A stretch of DNA of 64,000 nt, from positions 165,354,001 to 165,418,000 of the forward strand of contig OX597814.1 in the NCBI GenBank assembly GCA_951406725.2, written 5' to 3'. Position numbers and translations under genes: made by a program. The notes beneath the pieces were generated by a model. It did not search any database. It worked only from the letters and a program-made list of their open reading frames with translations, and had not been told where the DNA came from. Positions within the stretch are counted from its first letter, which is position 1, and each line of letters begins with the position of its first letter. Source of the stretch: Octopus vulgaris (taxonomy: Eukaryota). This document shows positions 12,740 to 29,034 of the stretch, in pieces.

Positions 12740-12787
12740 GTCTCTGATGAAGAGATATCCTGCATATCCCTGAAACAGCTGTAAGAC
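12740..12787 (+). ncRNA. type I hammerhead ribozyme (Penelope-associated minimal type)
   Basis: GTCT-CTGATGA-[AGAGATAT cctgc ATATCCCT]-GAAAC-AGCT-GTA-AGAC: full catalytic core, stems I and II, palindromic stem III (ACAGCTGT), GUA cleavage triplet. Confidence 0.75.
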
Positions 12788-12975
12788 TACCTTTCTCTTT
12801 ATAAATGCCCTAGTACTTCACACTGCCCTGGCTTTGTTGTCTTATTTTATTTAACATATACATGCTCACACACGACCCGCATAAATCCCTTCACTCATAC
12901 TATTATAGAACCGGAAGTTCTATAATGCACTTACATAGCCTTACCTGCTTTTTGGGGTCTTGTGGATACCAAAAC

Positions 12976-12980
<5 letters not shown>

Positions 12981-13026
<46 letters not shown>

Positions 13027-13270
13027 GTGTGTGTGTATACATACATACATACATATACATATATATCTATATATATATACATACACACACGCGCGCGCGC
13101 ACACACACACACACGCACACACAGACGTACATATATATATATATGACAGGCTTCTTTCAGTTTCTCCAAACCAAAGCCACTCACAAGGTCTCGGTCGGCT
13201 TGGGGCTATATTAGAAAACACTTTGCCCAAAGCGCTATATATTGGACTGTACTGGAAACCATATGGTAGG
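12981..13270 (-). mobile_element. SINE family S1 5' half with expanded internal microsatellite
   Basis: gacaggcttctttcagtttc...cactcacaaggt...ttgcccaa matches S1 on the reverse strand. Confidence 0.7.
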
Positions 13271-13927
13271 TATGTGTATAAAACACTTAAAATACTTTCC
13301 CAGTCAGATATCTTATAAATTATACTATAATATAACAGTTAATTATCTAATGAATAATACAAACGCTTTTTATATAATAGATTATGTCTTTGATTTCATT
13401 GTATAGTTTTAGCATTACACATATACACAGCAGAAATAATATTATAGATTAAGATGAAATAAATCATGATAATATAAACATATCAATACTTTTGACGATG
13501 TTGAAATTGTTCCAAATGCGAAATTTTTGCCTTTGTTTGCAGATCGGCAAGTTTCCAACTGAAAGCACCTCCACTTGCCTCCTTAAATGCACTTTAGTAC
13601 TCCGTTCGCTCTTTATTTTTGCATTGCAAGTAGCCAACCAGCTAGCCAGACAAGTTCTGCTTGCATAAATAGCAGATAAGCAAACAAGACACTCAGACAA
13701 ACCTGACTTTATAGTGACATTCTTTAGCTCATAAAACGTTCCCCATGTCAGCTCGATAGGTCTGGATCAAAAAGTTTATAGTTGTATTTATAACCCAAAG
13801 AAAATAGAATAAAAGCAATAAACACAAAACTATATCGGAGATATGTGAGCGCATATCTGTGGGAAAATGCTAACTTCTAGAGTATAGGAACGTTATTCCA
13901 GCCGTAAAAAAAAAATGATAAATTAGG

Positions 13928-14020
<93 letters not shown>

Positions 14021-14332
14021 GAGAGAGAGATACATACATACATATACATACATATATATACATATATATATATATATAAAGTGAGATAGGGGTTATGAGT
14101 GTAACCCACTATGGGATATCATTTATCCGATATACTGCCAGTAAAGTACCCAGAAAGGCTAATACATAAATGCTAAGAATTGCAATGCAATTAATTCATT
14201 TATTGTATTATATGGGCGAAGGTAAAATGTTTTACCACAAATTCATAATACAAAATAAGAAAATGGAGGAATAGATTTCTTTCAATTATGATGATTGAAA
14301 GAAATCTATTCCTCCATTTTCTTACTTTGTAC

Positions 14333-16480
<2,148 letters not shown>

Positions 16481-16645
16481 TCCTGTTGTTGTTGTTGTTG
16501 TTGTTATCTCTGGTTACTGGTTCGAGTTCGCTGCCATCCACACCACCGTTTTTCTGTGACGGATTCCGTTCGACTGAGCCTGGTCAATCGTCGTCGCTCG
16601 ACTTAGTAGGGTCCCGGGTTCGAGTTTGAGCGACGGCAGGTTCGT

Positions 16646-16703
<58 letters not shown>

Positions 16704-17392
16704 TGGAGTAAGCACATAAATGTAGAACAAAGTGGAAAAAGGAGTACTCAAATACTAGAGGTAGAGTATAGGTGTTTTCGATCTAGTTTGGATTCTTTGC
16801 AATCAAATTTGAATTTTTCAATTGGTGCTCAAGCCTTGAAAAAAAAGAGTTAAACTACATCAGCCGTAAGGGAATACATGTCTATCTTATCTAACTCGTC
16901 CAGTGGAGCCCACTTTTGGTCGAACTTCGATCTAATCCCGAGCTTGGGACAACAAACTTGAGTTGGATAAACTCCAATAGTAAGCTCTTTGCTCTTTATA
17001 ACGTAGCAATTCACCATACGTAGACATAAAGGAAAAAATAAGCACATTACTGATCCTGATATAACGACCTGCCTGAATGCGTCCACGTGTCATCTAAGAC
17101 ACGTGCATGCCATGTACAATAGACAGTCTAGTTAAAAGACATATCACGGGGGGGGGGATGTAGCATAAACCCGCTCTTTAAAGCAATTTTGGGGAGGGGT
17201 GAAATTACCCTTATGATTAAAAGTTATGATCAACAATTGTTGATTTAAATCAGACCAGGTTTATTAGCTATCCTGAGATAAGGGTTTTTAAAGTTTCCTA
17301 ACTGATATTTCTCGTAAAAAAGTTGCAGTTTGTAAAAATGTACAAATTATCTTGAATGAACTGTTCAAACATACCAAACAATAGAAAAAGAT

Positions 17393-18490
17393 TCATTCGT
17401 TTATGATCTCCCTTTGTTCAGACCGGTCGACGTAACAGAGCATCTTTTGGTAGAAGCTATCGCAGTCTTCATGAGTTATTTCATCGAACTTTTCAGATAT
17501 CAATTGGTAAAGCTCTGGCTCGTTCTTTGCCTCGCCTTGGATAACCGAGCGTTTCCAAACGAAGAAAATGTTCTCGATTGGGTTTAGAAAAGGCGAATAT
17601 GGAGGCAGGAAGAACATGGCAATGCCAAGTTCCTTAATAGTATCTGCCAGTCCATGATAATGGTGGATCCTGGTGTTGTCAAAAATGAAGACAGGATTGT
17701 TGATTTCGTCGTGGATACACCGTTGGTGAATCTCGATCAAAAATTCTTTGAACCTTTCTCCGTTTACGGCCGTTTCAAAAACTTGATGAAAAATCATCCC
17801 ATATCGATTCATGGCCACAACAACCGAGATATTTCGGCTGCGTGCAGCCGGAACGGAGACGTATGGGGATTTTCCGGACTGGGCTCACCCCTTTCTAGGA
17901 CGCGTCACCACTGCAAACCCCACTTCGTCGAAGAAAACAAAGTTTCGGTCGTGTAAATCCTCTGATCGTTGGCGAAACAACTGAGCGTATTCCATTCGCA
18001 GGTTCAAGGTCCGTTCTTCGTTTCTCTTCACTGGAACTATAACGAGAGCCTTAAAAGAAAAACAGGCATGTTAGCGCAAAAACTAAGTGGGATTATAATT
18101 TTCTAAATGGCCATAGTGAATAAAAACCAACTACGGTTATATACATGAAATGTGGCAAACCTCTGCATATGTCATTTTCTATTGTCTAAATTCTTATTTC
18201 AATGAATACGTTCCCACCTCTCTCAACGAATAAAACGTTTAAAGATAAAGGAATGAAAGGCATACCTTCAATGTGTAGTGGAATTGTCTCAGTATCCTGT
18301 CAACACAGTTGATGCTGACTGCGATTCCAAGCTCCTCTTGAACACAGGATTTGATGTCTTTCAGGCGTAGTAAGCAATTAGCATCTACCCATGACAAGAT
18401 GATCTCTTTCTGTTAATGTGTAAGAATAGATCTCTTGTCTCCGCCTCTTTTTCTGGCAGCAGAAGAACCAGTCCCGTTGAAATAGACCAC
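17393..18490 (-). pseudogene. Tc1/IS630-type DD34E transposase, two exons (18490-18266, 18049-17393), 2 in-frame stops
   Basis: KRGGDKRSILT..WVDANCLLRLKDI...FHYTLK|ALVIVPVKRN...FFDEVGF...FDNTRIH...LPPYSPFLNPIE; 34 residues between the second D and E; GT-AG intron 18265-18050 restores the frame. Confidence 0.9.
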
Positions 18491-19249
18491 ATACATATGA
18501 AGACATATATATGCAAGGCGTAAATATACACACAAATACACATATACATGGTGTATACATATAGACAAGAAGTAAAACGCAGAGTGGGGGAAGAAAAAGA
18601 AAAAGAAATGGTAACGATCTTATAAGTAACAGATAGCTAAAGAAGCGAGTAAAAGAAGGGGAGGGGCGTAAAGTTACAGGACGTTATACAAGTAACGAAT
18701 AGGGGGAGAAAAAATAACGAAAGAAAGGAAGAAAGAAAGAAGTCTGAATATGCGTAACGAACGTTCACAAACTAAAATTACGTATACATGTTTATATAAA
18801 AGTGTATGTTAGCTGTAAATACACATATAACAACACATATATAAATATATAGAGATAAGTACGTAAATACACATCCAAACAAATTCAAGTGAATACATGC
18901 ATACATATACATCCATGTATGCATGTGCATAAGTATAAACATGCACGCTTACTTACTAGGCGCATACATCCGAATACATATGCATGCCAACAATACAAAT
19001 ATTCACATAAAAACATGTCTAGGTCATGACGTATATACAAACAATATTATTTTTAAAATTGCTGAGTGCATAATAATAAAAAAATTTAGATAAAAGACAT
19101 GCAAAATAGAACACCCTGTATCGAATTATCTACAAATTAAACGATTGAAATGGGTTTATAAAATAAAATAAAATAAAATAAAAGCAGAATCCTAAACAAG
19201 AAAATAATAATATTTGTATATAACAGTCGAAGATTTTCCTTAAGAAATA

Positions 19250-19308
19250 TTACTCTTTTACTCTTTTACTTGTTTCAGTCATTTGACTGCGGCCATGCTG
19301 GAGCACCG
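19250..19308 (-). mobile_element. SINE S1 3' tail fragment
   Basis: tactcttttacttgtttcagtcatttgactgcggccatgctggagcaccg. Confidence 0.75.
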
Positions 19309-19432
19309 ATACAAAAACTTTGCGATGCGGAATAAATCATGCATAATACAAAATAAATCCAACAGTGTGATCAAAAACTAGTCCAAGAATCAAAAATATA
19401 CGCTATCCATATGAGATATTGCTAGTCGACAT

Positions 19433-19870
19433 TTAAAATTTAGCTGCGTGTCTGCAGGAATTCAAGAGTTCGCTTCTTTGATTTAAAGAATTATTGTCCT
19501 GGAATGAAATAAAATATTTTTCCTTTAGACATAAATCGCACTTGATCGTTCTTTCATGTGCACAGTGCCTGTATGGTGCAGGTCTCTCCAAAATACTCCA
19601 TGTCACGTTGAAAGGTCGGGCTTCTTTTTCTTTTAATTCCCAGACATATTTCGCCAAGCTGGTCTTCGTCCTATTTTCGGGGTATCTAAAGGAATTTTTA
19701 TGCGAATAGAATCAGGTTTTAAAAGAATTTTCAGAAGCTCCTGTATAAGTTCTATATTCGCGTGAGTCTTCTATCTGCACTTTGGCTCTATATACGATCC
19801 CTTTCTCCAGACATTTCCCTTCCAACGGACAGGAGGACCCATCTTTGAAATTACAATTTTTAAGAGAATC
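19433..19870 (-). mobile_element. Penelope-like GIY-YIG endonuclease domain (one stop)
   Basis: NCNFKDGSSCPLEGKCLEKGIVYRAKV...YTGASENSFKT*FYSHKNSF...AKYVWELK...VTWSIL...CDLCLKEKYFI...LNQRSELLNSCRH. Confidence 0.9.
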
Positions 19871-20224
19871 GCACTATGATTATTAGCAATTATCCTACAT
19901 ACATAATATATATATATATTCCTCGGACTAGAGCAGTGGTTCCCAACCTAGAGTCTGATGAATTGTTCAAGAAGCTAAGGCTTTCGTGGATGCGAAACCA
20001 TTGGTCGCTCTATGACCAGACATTAACTTTATTACTTTAACATGTGTATGTCTGTGTGTGTGTGTTGCAACATTAAAGCATACGGAAGCATCTGCAAATG
20101 CAGGCCCATTCAAACCATGACAGTATTCAAAAACTGACGTTAAAGTGTTGATGACGTAGTGAGGTGTATAATGGTAATGACAATAAAATCCCCAACAACG
20201 ATAATGAAACAATCATATTTTTCA

Positions 20225-20368
20225 CATAGGTACATTCATGACTGCGTGGTCTGCCACAGCGTAGCACCTTGCGCAGGTGTCTTCTATTATAGTCCCTGGC
20301 CCACTAAAATCTTGCGAGAGGATATGGTTGACAGAAATAAGCCCACCGTGTGTGCGTGCGTGTGTGTT

Positions 20369-20400
<32 letters not shown>
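20225..20400 (-). mobile_element. diverged SINE S1 5' half
   Basis: Weak match to the S1 head (caccttgcgcaggtgtcttctattatag...ggttgacagaaa) followed by (TG)n; reads in the same sense as plus-strand S1 copies, so the strand call is uncertain. Confidence 0.4.
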
Positions 20401-20405
<5 letters not shown>

Positions 20406-20479
20406 GACCTCGTTTGGACCTGCATGCCTGAGATTCGAAACCGTTCTTTTCGCTTTCTCTTCTTTCTATTTCTGCTCTC

Positions 20480-21458
20480 TTCAAATAATTTTTTATGGAA
20501 TGAGTGGGAGAAACACAGAAAAGACGTATTTCTCCAGAAACAAGTATAAAGCAAGGAAGACTGTAGAAAACCGAAGGCAAGAGTCTGAAGAGAGATGAGA
20601 TTTTCTCAAGATCAGCAAATGCATGTTGCAGCACTTAATGCTGGATCATTAAATCAATGTTTTAATGATTAGACAGAGGTCCAGTAGAATAGCTCTCAGA
20701 AACAGACTACGTACAAATTCATTCTTCACAACTCCTGAAGCTGTTTTCAGATATAATCCATCCCATTCTTATAAAAATGATAACTCTGTCCAAATTGGTG
20801 TGCTAAACACAAATTGTCGTTTATGTAGAGCATTAAAATTTTCAAATAAAACAAATGGTATGTGCTACTCAGGCGGTCTGGTAACACTGCCAGCACTACC
20901 AGCTCCTTCGGCATTTCCATCCAGTCAAGGGATTTTCTGAACAATATCAGACAATACAACTCTGCATTTCAAATGACATCGTTTGGTGCATCTAAAAAGA
21001 TAGATAAACATGAATTTACGCCGACGTCAAAGTTCAAGGGCACGTCTATCACCTAATTGGTTCCCTGTTACCCGCAAATGAACAACCACAGTTCCTCCAA
21101 ATTTACTTCATGGGTGATGTAGGACAACAAACCCGACAGAAGTGTTAAAATTTCAAATGGTGGGTCGTGTTATACACAGCGCTGATTGCTGTAAAGGAAA
21201 GTATATCCACTGACAGTTTTTCGATGCGTTCAAAAGTCACATAACCCCCATTTCCAATTTTAGATGATAGGTTAGGGCCTGAAGTACACCAAACAAACGC
21301 ATAGCGTGTTGCTTTGTCGAATTAGCCCAGCATTTACTCCACAAATGTTTTATTGTCAATGCTGCACTTTCTCATATCACCTGTTTCAACATAACTGTAA
21401 TATATTATATACCAACTATGCCATTTTAATCCCGAGCAATGCCGGGTATCTCTGCTAG
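20480..21458 (+). mobile_element. Helitron deletion derivative: RepHel N-terminal fragment joined to the 3' terminus
   Basis: IGVLNTNCRLCRALKF...GMCYSGGLVTLP; FLNNIRQYNSAFQMTSFGA; KVQGHVYHLIGSLLP...FLQIYF; ends cccgagcaatgccggg hairpin + CTAG|T (21455-21458). Confidence 0.85.
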
Positions 21459-22108
21459 TAACTATATGTACTTCAAACTGAATAACGTTTACTCCTGACA
21501 TGAAATAACGAGGAAACCTCCACGAGGTTGTTCCACCCGCTAGAAATAGCTCTCAAATTATATTCTCTCTCTTTCTCTCTCACACACACACACAGTGGTC
21601 TTTACTAAATAGGAAATAGCGGGGGGGGGGGGGTCATTGTTCCGCATTAAACACCTCCCACTCGTCATCTGGAGGACTTATTCTTTACCACATCCATTTT
21701 TTTTCTTTCATAGGTTATGAATATAACTATAAAAACTGTTAACAATACATATACTTGTATGCATACCTGACTATATATATGACAGGCTATTTATTGTACC
21801 ATGTGAAAGAGAATATTTCATAGTTCTTTCTCTCTGTCACACACACGAAATAATTTTTCTTCTTACGTAATTTTTTTACTTCGTAGTTTGTTTTCTTGTC
21901 TTTCCAGTCATTTCCCTCCACTCTCTTTATCTGTCTCTCTTTCTATCTTTTCCTTACAACACGAGAACTTTTCTATTACGTATTACATATATATATGTAT
22001 GTATGTCAGTCAGACCTTTACTAGTTTCTTAAGACTCTGTTTTCTTGATGTTAAGACATTGCATATCAGCAGTGTCCATTCCAATATATTGAAGATATCT
22101 AAGACTAT

Positions 22109-22340
22109 AAGCGGCGAGCTGGCAGAAACGTTAGCACGCCGGGCGAAATGCGTAGCCGTATTTCGTCTGCCGTTACGTTCTGGGTTCAAATTCCGCCGAG
22201 GTCGACTTTGCCTTTCATCCTTTCGGGGTCGATAAATTAAGTACCAGTTACGCACTGGGGTCAATGTAATCGTCTTAATCCGTTTGTCTGTCCTTGCTTG
22301 TCCCCTCTGTGTTTAGTCCTTGTGGGTAGTAAAGAAATAT
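22109..22340 (+). mobile_element. tRNA-derived SINE family S4 (central domain resembles MetaSINE-type cores)
   Basis: Head gcggcgagctggcagaaacgttagc...gggttcaaattcc; core gactttgcctttcatcctttcggggtcgataaattaagtacc; several other copies in the window. Confidence 0.85.
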
Positions 22341-22584
22341 ATATTATCTCATTATAGACAATAGTCTTAGATAACCCTAAAATATGTCCCCCGGCCCTTT
22401 TAATAAGAAGGAGAGTGTTATCACTTACAGAGAGTGAATATTTTGTCGCTATTCCTAATTGGTCGAACTATCAGGCAGTTTTTTTTTTTTTTTTCTTAGC
22501 TGTCAATCTATTTTGCCACAGTCTACGTCCGTCTTTTATTGTTTGTTATCCACTATACACTAGTCGGGATCAAACACCTCACTT

Positions 22585-22645
22585 CAGACGGAAGAGGCGA
22601 AGGAAAAGCGCGCTTGCTTCCGTATTTGAATGCGTATATAAGCGT
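22585..22645 (+). promoter_or_regulatory. possible Pol II promoter (ETS-like CGGAAG/CTTCCG sites, TATATAAG)
   Basis: CGGAAG 22589, CTTCCG 22617 and TATATAAG 22635 in CpG-rich unique sequence; motifs only. Confidence 0.2.
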
Positions 22646-23380
22646 GTTTGTGGTTGGCTATTATATCCATGTGAAAGGTTGAATAGCTATGCGTGAGCGT
22701 ATGCCTAGTCTGACTCTAATTACTGTACATTTCATTAAAAATGTCCAATTTCCTGCCATTTTATAATAGCGAACTGTGAGATTTCAGTCTAACTCGTTTT
22801 CACTGGTGCACTCCCGCTTTTTTCGCACGTATACACAGTACACGCACACTTTACACACACAATTTAAATTTTAAAAAAACTGCGCATTTAAACATACATT
22901 TATGCTGTCAAACACATACATACATACATATATTTCTTGAAGTAAATTAAACATAACCACACACTCACAAACCCATACGCAGTGAAAATAGCTACCTCTT
23001 TGTTATTCTTCCTCATACCTTTACCTATTACACACACTCTCTCTGTTTCTCGCTTTCTCTCTCTCTCTCTCTGACTCTAACCGTTAATTTCTATATCTCT
23101 CTATTTCATTCCCTCCCTCTGTCTTTTCCTCTTTCTATCTATGTCCGCATCTTTGTCTGGAGACTCATTTAACGGTAATCAGTTTTGTCATCACATCAGC
23201 AGCCACTGACACCTTCTTGGTGTGGGGGGGAGTCACTCCCAGTTGACACACATAACTACATACATTTATATATATACATACATTCATATATATATATATA
23301 TATATGTGTGTGTATAAATATATATATACTGTGTGTATATATATTTGTTTATCTAAGTGTGTGCATATATAATACGTCGG

Positions 23381-23405
23381 TCTCTCTTCCTTTCTTCAGG
23401 TAAGA
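23381..23405 (+). other. juxtaposed 3'/5' splice signal (pyrimidine tract-CAG|GTAAGA)
   Basis: tctctcttcctttcttCAG|GTAAGA. Confidence 0.35.
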
Positions 23406-23506
23406 CGTCAACACCGCATTATCTTTGATAACGTACTTTAAAATGTTATATATATATATCTATATATAAGCAAAAATGCTTGTTCTAAAATCTGTGTGTG
23501 CGCGCA

Positions 23507-23572
<66 letters not shown>

Positions 23573-25109
23573 GTTTCTTTCGATATAGATATTTTATCTG
23601 TCATTCCTTCCCAGCTGTTTTGATGGCGTGTTCGGTAAAATCCGTAAAAAGATTTTATGTATTTATATTTTGGTTTGATATATCACACACTTCGATGTTC
23701 AAGATTGACTTACATTCTCTTGATAGTTCTCATCACCGAATATATATAAAGTATATTTATATTTGTAAAGGCATTTGTTTCTGTATAAACCACATGTATA
23801 CTTGTTAATTTGTTCGTAATTAAATTAACAATATGTATGTACTCTTATATATACTGAATACACGTGTTAATACAAACACAGGTTCACTCACCCAAATAAA
23901 CTGTTAATAAATTGTAAATGCGTATCTTTACGTGTTTGTGTGAGTGTAAAAGAAAGACACAAAAATATAACTGTTGTTTCAATTAATTAAATAACTCGCT
24001 AATCTTTATTCATTGATTGTACGAAAACTTGAAGGCTTTCACACAAAAGTTTTGAGAACTTTCCAGACATTCTTCACCTGTTGACATTATCTGTCTGGTC
24101 GTCGTTGTTTGGTTGGACACCTAGTTAGTCTTTAGCCCTGTGTCAGCACACAAACTTACCTGGCCCATGATTAAATGCATCCCAGGACTACATTATCCAC
24201 TGTCTTATTATTATTTGTAAGACGGTGGGTTGTGATCTGAGTGAGATTTGGCTACTGTTTCTAACAGTTCGAACGACCACGTCGAGGCTCTCTTGTAGGC
24301 TCGCGGGTCACTTAGTGTATCTTTTTGGTGTTTATATTGTTGATTGTATCGATATCTTTATTGCGTATTGTTTAACCACACGTCAACTCCGATTGAATAG
24401 ACATTCAATCATAAATGGCATTCCAGCCATGACTATTCCGGCTTTCCCGTGTGTATTTTTCCTTCCCTCAAAGGTTATGATTTGAGAGCGATTTAGTTAT
24501 TTGTTACAGGTAGCGGCTTCCTCGTTTATAGTGTTGTTAATGATGATGATGTTGCTGTTCTCATACATTGTTATTGGTGGCTTCTTGTTGACCCCTGATC
24601 GGACAGGTCTACAGTCAACACAAAGTAATGATCGACTAGTCATAACTAGCTAGCGCGAGTACGCTAGTGCGCGCACCGGGACCACTGTTCTCAAGTAGTA
24701 CCATAACCCTCCTGTTTCATACAACAATCTTTCGGAGAAAGGATATAAAAGCTGAAAGATCGCCTTTAAGACAATTGGGTGAAATATGAGCGACATTTGG
24801 CTGCTATTTTTGCTGTCTAACCTCAGATTAGCCCTGACTGGGTTCACCTATGATGAAATGCGTTTTAGCGGTGACATATCCTTTTTTCTTTTTTTTATAG
24901 CAATTAGTGTCTGTAGTTATTTCGTCATTGAAGTGGTAACGATTTATTGCTATAAAAAAAAGCACTTAATCCATTTTGATATACGTAACAGCCACAGAAA
25001 GCACTCTAGCACTCTATGATTCCGTATTCGTTTTCTACACATTTTTTACACCTATTAGACTGATTTATTATTTTTTCTTTTGGTGACTAGGAGTTAAACT
25101 ATACATTAA

Positions 25110-27021
<1,912 letters not shown>

Positions 27022-28093
27022 TTTCGCTCTTTTTTTCTCTATATCATTCCATTGCTTAACTTATTTATGCACGAATATTCTCGCTTCGTCTGTGAAATAT
27101 TTATTCCTATTACCTATATATCTGTGCATGTGCGTATTTGTGTGTGCGCGCGCTTTTTTACGTAAACGAAAAAGGAAAAAGTATGCTGCATGCGGTAAAT
27201 ATTAGATAATATTGTGATTTTTCTGTAGACTGCTGGCGTGTTGACCCAGCTGTAATGTCAAGTAGTTACTACATATGCAAAAAAAAAAAAAAAAAAAAGT
27301 GAGTGGGCCTGCCTGTGTCTTTTTCTGCGTAATTAGTTACCTGCGCCTTACAGGTCGCTGTACGACTTACCCGACGTATGTGAAAGGGCAGGAGTTTCGG
27401 CTTGGTGCTTCTCTGGGACCCTGTCTCTTTGAATGTATTGTGTGTGTGTGTGTGTGTTCAGTGCCAGTTTCAATAGTGTTTGTTATTTTTGTTAATCAGT
27501 TACTAATCAAACAATAAAATATTACGATTTCAAGAATTGATAATTTCATAGGGTATGCTTCTGTAACAGAACCTCTTACTGAAAAATAAACGAGCTTTTA
27601 TATAAATTAACATATATTACGACTTTAACATGACTTAATCTTTATTTCCAGCTGTGTATTATGAATAGATTAAATCACGATACTGTAAGAACTCAATTAT
27701 CGTAAAGAAAATTTACCAGTGCTGTGCGCAGTGAGCACACCCGGAATGTAGTCCCTTATTCCTCATACGTAGAGCATCTGACTACATTCAACCTTTTTTT
27801 TCTTGAAATTGGATCATATTATTCAGGGGCAGGTGTGATTTGAGAGAGATCTGGTTACTCTTTTCACTATATCGAATTTACATGTGTATAATCTCTCGAG
27901 TGTGTCCGCTCTGTGTGAATAAAATAGTGCTTATATTATATTTCTAAATAATAGAAATCCGTCTGCTGTATACATTTCCAAACTTAGAAGAAAATGAAAT
28001 CCCGTATAACAAGTAAGATAATGAGGTTTATATTTTTACATAAAATCTCTGTAAAGTACATTCTGGCAATCAATTTCTGACACTTCTGCATAG

Positions 28094-28119
28094 TTATCTA
28101 TCTACCTGAAATGCAACAG
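28094..28119 (+). other. candidate 26-nt micro-exon containing ATG CAA CAG
   Basis: CTGAC branch-like motif (28077-28081), acceptor catag, perfect donor CAG|GTAAGT. Confidence 0.35.
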
Positions 28120-28610
28120 GTAAGTACAGCTTGTCAGTGCATCATTGATTACATGCTAAAGTCATGTCTCGTTCTGTTAATACAAAAATACGTGCGCGCA
28201 GTCTTACACACATTCACACTAAGCGGCATCACGTAAATTGTTTTCCTTGCGAACCGAGCTTAGATTAAAACTCTGGTACAATCTACAGCTGCAGATGTTT
28301 TCAGTGTTAAAAAAAAAATTGATGGGGGTCATAGATGACATTCTCACAATCTTTCATGTTTACATGTGGTGCTTTTGAAGAATCGCTGAATCGCCTTTCA
28401 ATTATTGCGGTATTTAGTTACAACCCTTTTCGTTCTCAATTCTAATATCACATATCCACTTTGCCTTTCCTAATTCCGGAGTTACCATAAAATACCAGGG
28501 ATGTAATAAATATTTTTTTTTTTCGCCTATAATACAACAGCGGAATTTTGTCTACTTTCGAATTTCAAATTCTCTTTTGATGAAGTATCTAACCACACAA
28601 TCATTCATAT

Positions 28611-29034
<424 letters not shown>

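Noticed and set aside
13464-13700. 78-aa ORF in unique-looking DNA
   Set aside because: No recognisable motif or splice structure
17393-17818. Bacterial IS630 contamination or recent horizontal transfer
   Set aside because: The gene has a GT-AG intron and is embedded in eukaryotic repeats
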